From Heptranchias perlo (lineage: Eukaryota), in assembly GCF_035084215.1 (NCBI RefSeq), contig NW_027138407.1, positions 1,488,001 through 1,552,000 on the forward strand: 64,000 nt of DNA, in the 5' to 3' direction. The notes under the pieces are model-generated. The model did not search any database and was not told the DNA's origin. It was given only the letters and a program-made list of their open reading frames with translations. Made by a program: the position numbers and the translations under genes. The stretch's first letter is position 1, and every line of letters starts with the position of its first letter. Positions 9,130 to 22,017 of this stretch are shown here, piece by piece.

Positions 9130-10947
9130 GGTGTGTGGTTTAGAGTTAGACAGAAAATAGCGGAATGTTTTCAATACGTTGCCACTTCTATTCTGATATT
9201 AAAGAGTAAACTCAGATTAGGGGCAGGATTCACTTATTGTAAAACTAAGGGGCGTTTCTGAGGGACCCGATTGGCTGGTCTCACAGAACTGATGCCAAAT
9301 GTGCACCAATCACAGTTAGTTGTGGACGAATTAACTGATAGCTCTCTCCCAACGCTTTTCTTCCCTGTCTGCCTGTCTCATTTTCGTTCTCTGTGTCTCT
9401 CTGTCAATCTGCCCGTCTCCCTCTCGTTTTTTCTCTCTTTCTCTCTGCTTACCTCTGTGTCTCTATCCACATATCCCACTCTGTCTCTGTCTCCGTCTTC
9501 ATCCGGCTGTCTCTATCCCTCTACCTGTGACACTCTATTTCTCAGTCTCCATTTCTGTCTCTGTTTATTACTGTCTTCATCTCTGTCAATTTCTATACCT
9601 TTCGCTTCCTCTCTTTCTCTCCCTTTCTGTCTGTCTCACTTTGTTTCTCTGTCTCTCTCTCTCGCTCTCTCTCTTTCTCTTTCTCTCTCTCTCAATCTTT
9701 CTCTCTCTCGCTCCCTCGTCTCCCAACATTAACAGAAATGACCTTAACGAGAGAAAGCCGCATGAATCAGCCAGAGAATAATCATCCGGAGATGGAGATG
9801 GGAAAATATATCAGGATTGGGGAATATTGTTGGAAGATTTCAATATCACCGACGTTTCTTCAGGACAATAACCAGAGTCAGGCAAAGTTGCACCTCCATG
9901 ATAGCAGTCTGAACTCCAGAAACACGAGACTGCAATTACAGGGCCTGGGATGGGAGACGCTGAAACAGCAAAGGAATCTCATCAGATGTTCTGCGATTTC
10001 TTTTTCTGCCCATCTGGGTCTCTCGAAACAATCGTTTCCTGCAGGTGGCGTTCAGAGATCGCCCTCCTGTGGACAGCACAAGCCTCACAGAGTTCATTGC
10101 AAATACAAATGCAACATATTTGCTCATAAACACACACAGAGAGATTAACACACACAAACACAGACAAACACACATATGCATACGTTAACATACGTTAACA
10201 CGTTAACATAAACCCAGATACATTTAATGGTTGATATTTGTGGAGATTATTGATGTCCATTCAGCTGTAAGTTGTTGAAGATGACTGATCTTTAACAAGT
10301 GATCAGAGAACGCCCTCCTGTGTATATTGTCATCCCCATATACAGCATTCGACACACAGACACAACCACGGACAGACGGACACTAACGGCTTGACTGTGC
10401 CTCTCACATGAAGAAAATGCAAAGACCAGCCATTACATGACTCATGAACGGTTTTGACAGAGTAAATAAGGAGAAATTGTTTCCAATGGTAGAAGGGTCG
10501 GTAACCAGAGGACACAGATTTGAGGTAATCTGCAAACTTGCCAGAGGCGACATGAGGAAACATTGTTTTACGCAGCGAGTTGTGATGATCTGGAATGCAC
10601 TGCCTGAAAGGGCGGTGGAAGCAGATTCAATAGTAACTTTCAAAAGGGAATTCGATAAATACCTCAAGGGAAAATATGCAAAGGACTATGGGGAAAGAGC
10701 AGGGTAATGTGACTAAGTGGGTAGTTCTTTTAAGGAGGAAGCACAGGCAAGATGGGCTGAATGGCCTCCTCATGTGCTGTGCCCACTCTGATACTATGAT
10801 ACGATGTCTGTCGGTACCTCCATATATTTAGCTATCTTTCTTTCTTTCTATCTATCTATCAGTTCACCAGCGCACCAATTCAGTGAGAGGAGGTGAGAGA
10901 CCTTTCCTGGTTTTTGTACGGTCTGACTGCGCCCCTGTAACAGTGTG

Positions 10948-11385
10948 GGCTCCATGGCACAGAGATACACGGCAGAGTCAGAGACGAGAACCCCGGTGAT
11001 GTTTAAAGGAACCGTTTTCTTGGCTTTGTCCAAATTAGCAGAGAACCGGTCTGGGAACCCTGGAGACTTATCTCCCAGCCCCGAGATATATCTACTCAGT
11101 AAATATCTCGGAGCATCCCCGGGATACTGGATGTACCAGAAGAGAGTTGGGCCACTGTCAGTTGTCGAGTAACTACAGTTCAGTATTACAGTCTGTCCTT
11201 CCTGAACCGTTAATTCAGGCGGATCCTGGAACACGGAGTCTTTGCCATTCGTTCCTGTAACAAAATACAGAATGTGTCAAGAGTCTGGCAGTACATATAA
11301 TCCATGAAACACACACTGACCATTTAAACATAGACTCACCGGGCAGCACGATCATTATTATCAGTAAGGAACATGGGGAGCACAT
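10948..11385 (-). CDS. TRAV: TCR alpha/delta V segment V6
   Basis: Leader 11340-11385, V exon 10948-11254, RSS 10909-10947. Confidence 0.9.
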
Positions 11386-12578
11386 GGTGTGTGGTTTAGA
11401 GTTAGACAGAAAATAGCGGAATGTTTTCAATATGTTGACCCCTCTCGTCTGATATTAAAGAGTAAACTCAGATCAGGGGCAGGATTCACTTATTGGAAAA
11501 CTAAGGGGCGTTTCGCAGGGACCGGATTGGCTGGTCTCTCAGAACTGATACCAGCTGAGCACCAATCACAGTTCGTTGTGGACTAATTAACCGATGGCTC
11601 TCTCCTTCCGCTTTGCATCCCTGTCTGTGTCTGTCTGCCTGTCTCATTTTCGATCGATGTGTCTCTCTGTCAGTCGTTTTGTCTCCCTCTCGCTTTTTCT
11701 CTCTTTCTGTCTGCTTACCTCTGTGTCTCCAACCCTATACCCGTCCCTGTCTCTAAATCGATCTTCGTCTCTGTCCGTCTGTCTCTCTCTCCCTGTCTGT
11801 GACACTCTATTTCTCTGTCTTTCTCGATTTCTGTCTGTTACTCTCTGCATCTCTTTCAGTTTCTAAGCCTCTCTCTGCCTCAATCTCTTCCTTTCTTTCT
11901 CACTCATTCTCTCTCTCTCTCTGTCCCACTCTCTTTCCCTGTCTCTCTCTGGATCTCCCGCTTTCTTTCAATCTCTCTCTTTCTCTCTCTCTTACTCTCT
12001 CGCTCTCTCTCATTAAGGTGACAAGTGAAAAATATCTGAAACAGTCTCGATCCCCGGTACCACGGATTTCTCTCCACAATCAATGAGCTCCATTAATAGT
12101 CACAGTCTTAAGGTCACCAGGCGCATGACAAGTAGACATCTCTCTTCAAGGCTGCCGGCGCGACCACTGGATTTGAACTTGTACCAGTAAACTGCTGATT
12201 TCAGTCACTCACTGTTTCTCACCCTTGGGTTCCCAGGAGCTTTGAAGATTGAAGCCCCTGAGGCCGCCCTTTGAGATGAGACAGCATCTGAACGACGTGT
12301 CCCGACGGATCTACACCAAATACAGGCCTTTTACGTGTTCAGATTGATCCTGTTATTCATCCCAGAGATCTCCAAGTCGGTGCTAACAGGGGGCTGGAAA
12401 TGTCTGAATTTCACCCTGGATTAAGTGGTTGAGAAATGTCACACTTCCCAACACTGACAACACTGACCTTAACGAGAGAAAACCGCTTGATTCAGGCAGG
12501 GAATAATCATCCGGAGATGGAGACGAGAAAATGTATCAGGATTGGGGAATATTGTTGGAAGTTTCCAATATCACCGAC

Positions 12579-12624
12579 CTGTGATCAGGACAATAACCAG
12601 GGGCAGGCAGAGTCCCACCTCCAT
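12579..12624 (-). pseudogene. Orphan leader exon (family A)
   Basis: MEVGLCLPLVIVLITG/gt, 46 nt. Confidence 0.7.
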
Positions 12625-13635
12625 GATCCCAGTCTGAACTCCAGAAACACGAGACTGCCTTTATAGTGCCTGGGATGGGAGACCGTAAAACAGCAAAAGG
12701 GATCTCATCAGATGTTCTTGGATTTCTTTTTATGCCCAAACAATCATTTCCTGCAGATGGCGTTCAGAGGGCGCCCTCCCGTGGACAGCACAAGCCTCAC
12801 ACAATTCATTGGAAATGCAAACACAACAGATATGCTCACAGAGAGACAGATAGATTAACACACAAACACACACGCACACATATGAAGAAGCATACACGCC
12901 AACATAAACCCAGATGCACATAATGGTTGATATCTGTGGAGATTATTGATGTGCATTCAGCTCCAAGTTGATAAAAATGACTGATTTTTAACAATTGATC
13001 AGAGAACGCCCTCCTGTGTATATTATAATCCTCACACACAGCATTCGACACAAAGACACAAACACGGACAGACGGACACAAACTGCTTGACTGCGCCTCT
13101 CACATGAAGAAAACGCAAAGACCAGCAATTACATGACTCATGAACGGTTTTGATAGTGTAAATAAGGAGAAATTGTTTCCAATGGTCCAAGGGTCGAAAA
13201 CCAGAGGGCACAGATTGAACGACCTCTGTAAAATTGCCAGAGGCGACATGATGAAATATTTCTTTTATGCAGCGAATTATAATGATCAAGAATGTACTGC
13301 CTGAATGGGTGATGGATGTAGATTCAACAGTAATGTTCAAAGGGGAATTCGATAAATACCTAAAGGGAAAATATTGAAAGGGCTTTGGGGAAAGAGCAGA
13401 GCAATGGGTCAAATTGGATAGCTCTTTCAAAGAGCCGGCACAGGCACGATGGCCGAATGGCCTCCTCATGTGCTGTGCCTACTCTGATACTATGAAACTA
13501 TGTCTGTTGGTGCCTCTTTATATCTATCTTTCTTTCTACCTACCTATCAGTTCACTAGCGCACCAATTCAGTGAGAGAAGGTGAGGGACCTTTGCTGGTT
13601 TTTGTACAGTCTGACTGCGCCCCTGTAACAGTGTG

Positions 13636-14076
13636 CGGGCTCCATGGCACAGAGATACACGGCAGAGTCAGAGAGAAGAGCCCCGGTGATATTTAAAGGA
13701 ACCTTTTTGTTGTCTTTGTCCAAATAGGCAGAGAACCGGTCTGGGAAATCTGAAGACTTATCTCCCTGCCCCGACGTGTACCTCCTCAGTAAATATCTCG
13801 GAGCTTCCCCGGGATACTGCATGTACCAGAAGAGAGTTGGGTCACTGTCTGTTGTCGAGTAACTACAGTTTAATATTACAGTCTGTCCTTCCTGAAGCGT
13901 TAATTCAGGCGAATCCTGGGACACTGAGTCTTCGCCACTCGTTCCTGTAACAAAATGCAGAATGAGTCAAAAGTCTGGGAGTAAATATTAACCCATGAAA
14001 CACACACTCATCATTTAAACATAGACTCACCGGGCACCACCATCATTATTATCAGTAAGGAACATGGAGAGCACAT
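13636..14076 (-). CDS. TRAV: TCR alpha/delta V segment V7 (close paralog of V3)
   Basis: Leader 14031-14076, V exon 13636-13944, RSS 13597-13635. Confidence 0.9.
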
Positions 14077-14633
14077 GGTGTCCTGTGTAAACTTCAACGT
14101 AAATAGCAGAATGTTTTCAATATGTTGACCCTTCTGGTGTGATATTAAAGAGTAAACTCAGATCAGGGGCAGGATTCACTTGTTCTAAAATTAAGGGACG
14201 TTTTCCAGGGATCGGATTGGCTGGTCTCTCTTAACTGATGCCAGCTGTGCACCAATCACAGTTAGTTGTGGACTAATTAAATGATGGCGATCTCCTGATG
14301 CTTTCCTTCCCTGTCTGTGTCTGTCTGTCTGTCTCATTTTCTTTCTGTGTGCCTCTTTGTCAATCTATCTGACTCCCTCTCGATTTTTCACTTTTTCTGA
14401 CTGCTTACCGCTGTATCTCTATCCCAATACCGCATTCTGTGTCCATTTCTATTTCTGCCCGTCTATTTCTCTCTCGCTGTCTGTGACACTCTATTTCTCT
14501 GTCTTTCACTATTTCTGTCTATTACTCTGTTTTTCTCTTTCAGTTTCTTTGCTTTCCTCTTCCGCGATATCTTCCTCCCTTTCTCGCTCTCTCTCTCTGT
14601 CCCACTCCCTTTCCATATTTCTCTCCCTCTCTT

Positions 14634-14669
<36 letters not shown>

Positions 14670-15717
14670 TATCTCTCTCATTAAGGTGACAAGTGAAAAA
14701 AGAACTTGCCTCTCCAGGGACTGGGATGGGAGACGTCAAAACAGCAAAGGGATCTCATCAGAAGTTCCGGGATTTCTTTTTCTGCCCATTTGTGTCTCTC
14801 CAAACAATAATTTCCTGCAGATGGCTTTCAGACAGCGCCCTCCTGTGGACAGCGCAAGCCTCACACAGTTCGTTGGAAATACAAACACATCAGATATACA
14901 CACAGAGAGACAGAGACATTAATACACACAAATACAGACACGCACACATTTGCATATGCATACATGACAACATAAACCCAGTTACACAGAATGGTTGATA
15001 TCTGTGGAGATTATTGATGTCCATTCAGCTGTAAATTGTTAAAAATGACTGATCTTTAACAAGTGATCAGAGAACGCCCTCCTGTGTATATTATAACCAT
15101 CACAGACAGAATTCGACACACAGACACAACCACGGACAGTCGCACACCAACGGCTTGACTGCCTCTCACGTGAAGTAAATGCAAAGACCAGCCATTACAT
15201 GACTTAAGGACGGTTTGGATAATGTACATAAGGAGAAATTGTTTCCAATGGTAGAAGGGTCGATAACATATTTAAGGTGAACTGCAAAGTTGCCAGAGGC
15301 AACATGAGGAAACATTTTATACGCATTGTAATGAATTGTAATAATGTGGAATGCTCTGTCTGAAAGGGTGGGGGAAGCAGATTCAATAGTAACTTTCAAA
15401 AGGGAATTCAATAAATACCGAAACGGAAAATATTTAAAGGTCTATGGGGAAAGAGTAGTGTAATGGTACTAATTGGACAGTTCTTTTAAAGATCCAGCAC
15501 AGGGACAATGGGCCGAATAGCCTCCTCATATGCTTTGCCTACCCTGATACTATGATACTGTGATATTATGTCTGTCGGTTCCGGTGCCTCTGTCTATCTG
15601 GCTGTCTTTCTATCTTTCTATCTATCTATCAGTTCACTTGTGCAACAATTCAGAGACAGGAGGTGAGAGACATTTGTTGGTTTTTGCACGGTCTGACTGC
15701 GCCCCTGTAACAGTGTG

Positions 15718-16155
15718 GGCTCCATGGCACAGAGATACACGGCAGAGTCAGAGACAAGAACCCCGGTGATACTTAAAGGAACCGTTTTCTTGGTTTTGTC
15801 CAAATTAGCAGAGAACCGGTCTGCGAAATCTGAAGATTTATCTCCCTGCTCCCCGCTATATCTCCTCAGTAAATACCGCGGAGCTTCCCCGGGATACTGA
15901 ATGTACCAGAAGAGAGTTGGGGCAGCGGATGCTGTCGAGTAACTACAGTTCATTATTATGGTCTGTCTTTCCTGAACCGTTAATTCAGGCGGATCCTGGG
16001 ACACTGAGTCTTTGCCACTCGTCCCTGTAACAAAATACAGAATGTGTCAAAAGTCTGGGAATAAATAGAACCCATAAAACACATACTGACCATTTAAACA
16101 TAGACTCACCGGGCAGCACGATCATTATTATCAGTAAGGGACACGAGGAGCACAA
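15718..16155 (-). pseudogene. TRAV: TCR alpha/delta V segment V8; leader start codon ATG>TTG (ORF/pseudogene)
   Basis: V exon 15718-16024 is open. Leader 16110-16155 starts TTG (plus-strand caa 16153-16155). RSS 15679-15717 has nonamer GCAAAAACC. Confidence 0.8.
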
Positions 16156-17293
16156 GGTGTGTGGTTTAGAGTTAGACAGAAAATAGCCGAATATTTTCAA
16201 TATGTTGACCCCTCTCGTCTGATATTAAAGAGCAAACTCAGATCAGGGGAAGGATTCACTTATTGGGAAACAGAGGGGCGTTTCCCACGGACACGATTGG
16301 CTGGTGTCTCAGAACTGATGCCAGCTGTGCACCAATCACAGTTAGTTGTGGACTAATTAACTGACGGCTCTCTCCGAACGCTTTCCTTCCCTGTCTGTGT
16401 CTGTCTGTCTCATTTTCTTTCTCTGTGTCTCTCTGTCAATCCTCCTGTCTCCCTCTCGCTTTTTCTCCCATTCTGTCTGCTTACCTCTGTGTCTCTATCC
16501 CCAAACCAGACTCTATCTCTGTCTCTGTCTTTATCCGCCTGTCTCCCTCTCTCTGTCTGGGACACCCTATTTCTCTGTCTTTCTCCGTTTGTCACTCTCT
16601 TTATCTCCGTCGTTTCTATACCTCTCTCTGCCTCAATCTCTTCCTCTCTTTCGGAATCTCGCTACAATTCGCACTCTCTTTCCCTGTCTCTCTCTTTCTC
16701 TGGCTCTCTATCTTTCTCTCTCTCTCACTATCTCTCATTAAGGTGGCAAGTGAAAAATATCTGAATCAGTCTCGATCCCCGTTACCATGCAGTTTTCTCC
16801 ACATTCAAAGAGCTCCATTAATAGTCACAGACTTAAGGTCACGAGGGACATGACAAGTAGACATATCTCTTCAAAGCTGCCGGTGGTACCAGTGGATTTG
16901 AACTTGTACCAGTAAAGTGCTGATTTCAGTCACTCACTATTTCTAACCCGTCTGATCTCGGGAGCTTTTAAGAGTGAAGCCCCTGACGCCACCCTTTGAG
17001 ATGAGACAGCTTCTGAACGATGTGACCCAGCGGATCTGCAACAGATCCAGGACATTTACTTGTAAAGATTGATCCTGTTATTCATCCCACAGATCTGCAA
17101 GTTGGTGCTAACAGGGGGCTGGAAATGTCTGAATTTGACCCTGGATTAAGCGGTTGACAAATGTCACACTGATAGCACTGACCTTAACTGGAGAAAACCG
17201 CTTGAATCAGACAGGGAATAATCATCCGGAGATGGAGATGGAAAACAATATCAGGATTGGGGAATAATGTTGGCAGTTACCAATTTCACCGAC

Positions 17294-17339
17294 CTGTGAT
17301 CAGGACAATAACAAGAGTCAGGCAGAGTCCCCCCTCCAT
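17294..17339 (-). pseudogene. Orphan leader exon (family A)
   Basis: MEGGLCLTLVIVLITG/gt, 46 nt. Confidence 0.7.
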
Positions 17340-18375
17340 GATTCCAGTCTGAACTCCAGAAAAAAGAGACTGCCTTCACAGGGCCTGGAATGGGAGACGC
17401 TGAAACAGCAAAAGGGATCTCATCAGATGTTCTGCCCATTCGTGTCTCTCCAAACAATCATTTCCTGCAGATGGCGTTCGGAGGGCGCCCTCCTGTGGAC
17501 AGCACAAGCCTCACACAGTTCATTGGAAATACAAGCACAACAGATATGCTCACAGAGAGACAGAGCGATTAACACACAAACACACACGCACACACATATG
17601 AAGATGCATACACGCCAACATAAACCCAGATGCACAAAATGGTTGATATCTGTGGAGATTATTGATGTGCATTCAGCTAAAAGTTGATAAAAATGACTGA
17701 TCTTTAACAAGTGATCAGAGAGCGCCCTCCTGTGTATATTATATCCATCACATACAGAATTCGACACACTGACACAACCCCGGCAGTCGGACACTAACGG
17801 CTTGACTGCCTCTCACTTGAAGAAAATGCAAAGACCAGCCATTACATGACTTATGAACGGTTTGGATAATGTACATAAGGAGAAATTGTTTCCAATGGTA
17901 GAAGGGTCGATAACCAAAGGACACATATTTAAGGTGAAATGCATAATTGCCAGAGGCAACATGAGGAAACATTTTTTTACGCATTGTAATGAATTGTAAT
18001 AATGTGGAATGCACTGTCTGAAAGGGTGGTGGAAGCAGATTCAATAGTAACTTTCAAAAGGGAATTCGATAAATACCGAAATGGAAAATATTTAAAGGTC
18101 TATGGGGAAAAAGTTTGGTAATGTTACTGATTGGACAGTTCTTTTAAAGATCCAGCACAGGGACGATGGGCCGAATAGCCTCCGCATATGCATTGCCTAC
18201 CCTGATACTATGATACTGTGATATTATGTCTGTCGGTGCCGGTGCCTCTGTCTATCTAGCTGTCTTTCTTTATTTCTATCTATCTATCAGTTCACTAGCG
18301 CACCAATTCAGTGACAGGAGGTGAGAGACCTTTGCTGGTTTTTGTACGGTCTGACTGCGCCCCTGTAACAGTGTG

Positions 18376-18815
18376 CGGGCTCCATGGCACAGAGATACAC
18401 GGCAGAGTCAGAGACCAGAACCCCGGTGATACTTAAAGGAACCGTTTTCTTGGTTTTGTCCAAATTAGCAGAGAACCGGTCAGCGAAATCTGAAGATTTA
18501 TCCCCCTGCTCCCCGCTATATCTCCTCAGTAAATATCTCGGAGCTTCACCGGGATACTGGATGTACCAGAGGAGGGCTTGGGCAGCGGATGCTGTCGAGT
18601 AACTACAGTTCAGTATTATGGTCTGTCTTTCCTGAACCGTTAATTCAGGCGGATCCTGGGACAGTGAGTCTTTGCCACTCGTTCCTGTAACAAAATACAG
18701 AATATGTCAAAAGTCTGGGAATAAATATAACCCATGAAACGCACACTGACCATTTAAACATCGACTCACCGGGGAGCACGATCATTATTATCAGTAACGA
18801 ACACGAGGAGCACAT
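18376..18815 (-). CDS. TRAV: TCR alpha/delta V segment V9 (missed by the ORF track)
   Basis: Leader 18770-18815, V exon 18376-18684 (KDSLSQDPP..STASAAQALLWYIQ..YLCAMEP), RSS 18337-18375. Confidence 0.88.
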
Positions 18816-19324
18816 GGTATGTGGTTTAGAGTTAGACAGAAAATAGAGGAATGTTTTCAATATATTGACCTTAAATCTGATATTAAAGAGCAAACTCAGA
18901 TCAGGGGCAGGATTCACTTATTGGGAAACAGAGGGGCGTTTCCCACGGACATGATTGGCTGGTGTCTCAGAACTGATGCCAGCTGTGTACCAATCACAAT
19001 TAGTTGAGGACTAATTAACTCTCGGCTCTCTCCGAACGCTTTCCTTCCCTGTCTGTGTCTGACTGTCTGTCTCATTTTCTTTCTCTGTGTCTCTCCGTCA
19101 ATCTTCCTGTCTCCCTCTCGCTTTTTCTCCCTTTCTGTCTGCTTACCTCTGTGTGTCTATCCCTACACCGCACTCTGTCTCTGTCTCTGTCTTAATCCGC
19201 CTGTCTCCCTCTCTCTGTCTGGGAAACTCTATTTCTCTATCTTTCTTTGTCTGTCCCTCTTCTTACCTCCGTCATTTCTGTGCCTCTCTCTGCCTCAATC
19301 TCGTCCTCTCTTTCTCTCACTCGC

Positions 19325-19455
19325 NNNNNNNNNNNNNNNNNNNNNNNNNNNNNNNNNNNNNNNNNNNNNNNNNNNNNNNNNNNNNNNNNNNNNNNNNNNN
19401 NNNNNNNNNNNNNNNNNNNNNNNNNNNNNNNNNNNNNNNNNNNNNNNNNNNNNNN
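19325..19455. other. Assembly gap (131 N) inside a CT tract
   Basis: Run of N. Confidence 0.99.
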
Positions 19456-21579
19456 CGATCCCCGGTTTCACTAGCTTCTCTCCACAATCAATGAGTTCCA
19501 TTAATAGTCAGAGTCTTAAGGTCACGAGGGACATGACAAGTAGGCATATCTCTTCAAAGCTGCCTCTCTCTGCCTCAATCTATTCCTTTCTTTATCGCTC
19601 TCTCTCTCTCTCCCTCTATCCCACCTTCTCTCTCTCGCTCACTCTCTCTCTCTCTCTGGATCTCCCTCGTTCTTTCTCTCTCTCTTTCTCTTTCTCTCTC
19701 TCTCTCTCACGCTTTCATTAAGGACTAGTGAAAAAATATCTGAATCACTCTCGATCCCGGGTACCACGGCGTTCTCTCCATAATTATTGAGCTCCATTAA
19801 TAGTCACAGTCTTAATGTCACGAGGGAGATGACAAGTAGACATATCTCTTAAAAGCTGCCGGCGGTACCAATGGATTTGAAGTTGTACCAGTGAAGTGCT
19901 GATTTCAGTCAGTCACTACTTCTAACGCTTCGGATTCCAGGAGCTTTGAAGAGTGAAGCCCCTGAGGCCGCCATTTCAGATGAGACAGCTTCTGAAGGCA
20001 GTGACCCGATGGATCTGCACCAGATCCAGGACTTTTACTTGTACAGATTGATCCTGTTATCCATCCCCGAGATCTGCAAGTCGGTGCTAACACGGGGCTG
20101 GAAATGTCTGAATTTGACACTGGATGAAGTGGTTGAGAAATGTCACACTTCCCAACACTGACAGCACTGACCTCAACGAGAGAAAACCGCTTCAATCAGC
20201 CTGAGAATAATCACCCGGAGATGGAGATGGAAAAAAGTATCAGGATTGGGGAATATTGATGGAAGGTTCAAATATCACCGGCCTATGATCAGGACAATAA
20301 CCAGAGTCAGACAGAGTTTCATCTCCATGATTCCAGTCTGAACTCCAGAAACACTAGACTGCCTTTGCCAGGCCTGCGATGAGAGATGCTGAAAGAGCAA
20401 AGGGATCTCATGAGATGTTCTGGGATTTCCTTTTCTGTCCTTTTGTGTTTCTCGAAACAATCATTTCCCGCAGATGGTGTTCAGAGAGCGCCCTGCTTTG
20501 GACAACCGAAGCCTCACAAAGTTCATTGAAAACACAAACACAACAGATATCGTCCAAACACACATGGAGAGACGGCGAGATTAACACACACAAATACAGA
20601 CACAGACACATGCATGTGCATTCACGTCAACATAAACCTAGATACACATAATGGTTGATATCTGTGGAGATTATTGATGTGAATTCAGCTCTAAGTTGTT
20701 GAAGATGACTGAGGTTTAACAAGTGATCGGAGAACGCCCTCCTGTGTATTTTATAATCCTCACATACAGCATTCGACACACTCACACAACCACGGACAGA
20801 CGGACACTAACGGCTTGACTGTGCCTCTCACATGAAGAAAATGCAAAGACCAGCCATTACATGACTCATGAACGGTTTTGATATTGTAACTAAGGAGAAA
20901 TTGTTTCCAATGGTAGAAGGTTCGGTAACCAGAGGACACAGATATAAGGTGATCTGCAAAATTGCCAGAGGCAACATGAGGAAACATTTTTTTATGCAGC
21001 GAGTTTTTATGATCAGGAATGCACTGCCTGAAAGGGCGGAGGAAGCAAATTCAGTGGTAACTTTCAAAAGGGAATTCGATAAATACTGGAAGGGAAAATA
21101 TTTAAAGGGCTATAGGGAAGGAGCAGGATAATGGGACTAAGTGGGTCGTTCTTTAAAATAGCCAGCACAGGCAAGATGGGCTGAATGGCCTCCTCGTGTG
21201 CTGTGCCCACTCTGATATTATGATGCGGTGATGTTATGTCAGTCGCTGCCTCTGTCCATCTAGATTTCTTTCTTTCGTTCTATCTCTCTACATATCAGTT
21301 TACTAGCGCACCAATTCAGTGAGAGAGCAGGGTAATGGGACTAATTGGTTCGCTCTTTTAAACAACCGGTATAGTCACGACGGGCGGAATGGCCTCCTCA
21401 TGTGCAGTGCCTACTCTCACACCATGATACTATGATACTTTGTCTGTCGGTGCCTCAATATATCTATTTATCTTTCTTTCTATCTACATATCAGATCACG
21501 AGCGCACCAATTCAGTGAGAGGGGTTGAGAGACCTTTGCGGGTTTTTGTACGGTCTGACTGCGATCCTGTAACAGTGTG

Positions 21580-22017
21580 GGCTGCATGGCACAGAGATAC
21601 ACGGCAGAGTCAGAGATAAGAGCCCCGGTGATATTTAAAGGAACCGTTTTGTTGGCTTTGTTCAAATTAGCAGAGAACCGGTCTGCGAAATCTGAAGATT
21701 TATCTCCCTGCCCGGTGCTATATATCTTCAATAAATATCTCGGAGCTTCCCCGGGATACTGGATGTACCAGAAGAGAGCGGGGTTCCTATCTGTTGTCGA
21801 GTAACTACAGTTCAGTATTACAATCTGTCCTTCCTGTGCAGTTAATTCAGGCGGATCCTGGGACACTGTGTCTTTGCCACTCGTTCCTGTAACAAAATAC
21901 AGAATGGGTCAAAAGTCTGGGAGTAAATATAATCCATGAAACACAAGATGACCATTTAAACATAGACTCACCGGGCAGCACGAAAATTATTATCAGTAAG
22001 GAACACTGGGAGCACAT
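21580..22017 (-). CDS. TRAV: TCR alpha/delta V segment V10
   Basis: Leader 21972-22017, V exon 21580-21886, RSS 21541-21579. Confidence 0.9.

Noticed and set aside
10444-10707. 87-aa ORF MNGFD..TRGH..WNALPE repeated in many units
   Set aside because: CR1 ORF2 C-terminal remnant, disrupted in several copies; not a host gene
19456-19740. Local partial duplication of the module beside the N gap
   Set aside because: Adjacent to a gap within low-complexity sequence; may be an assembly artefact
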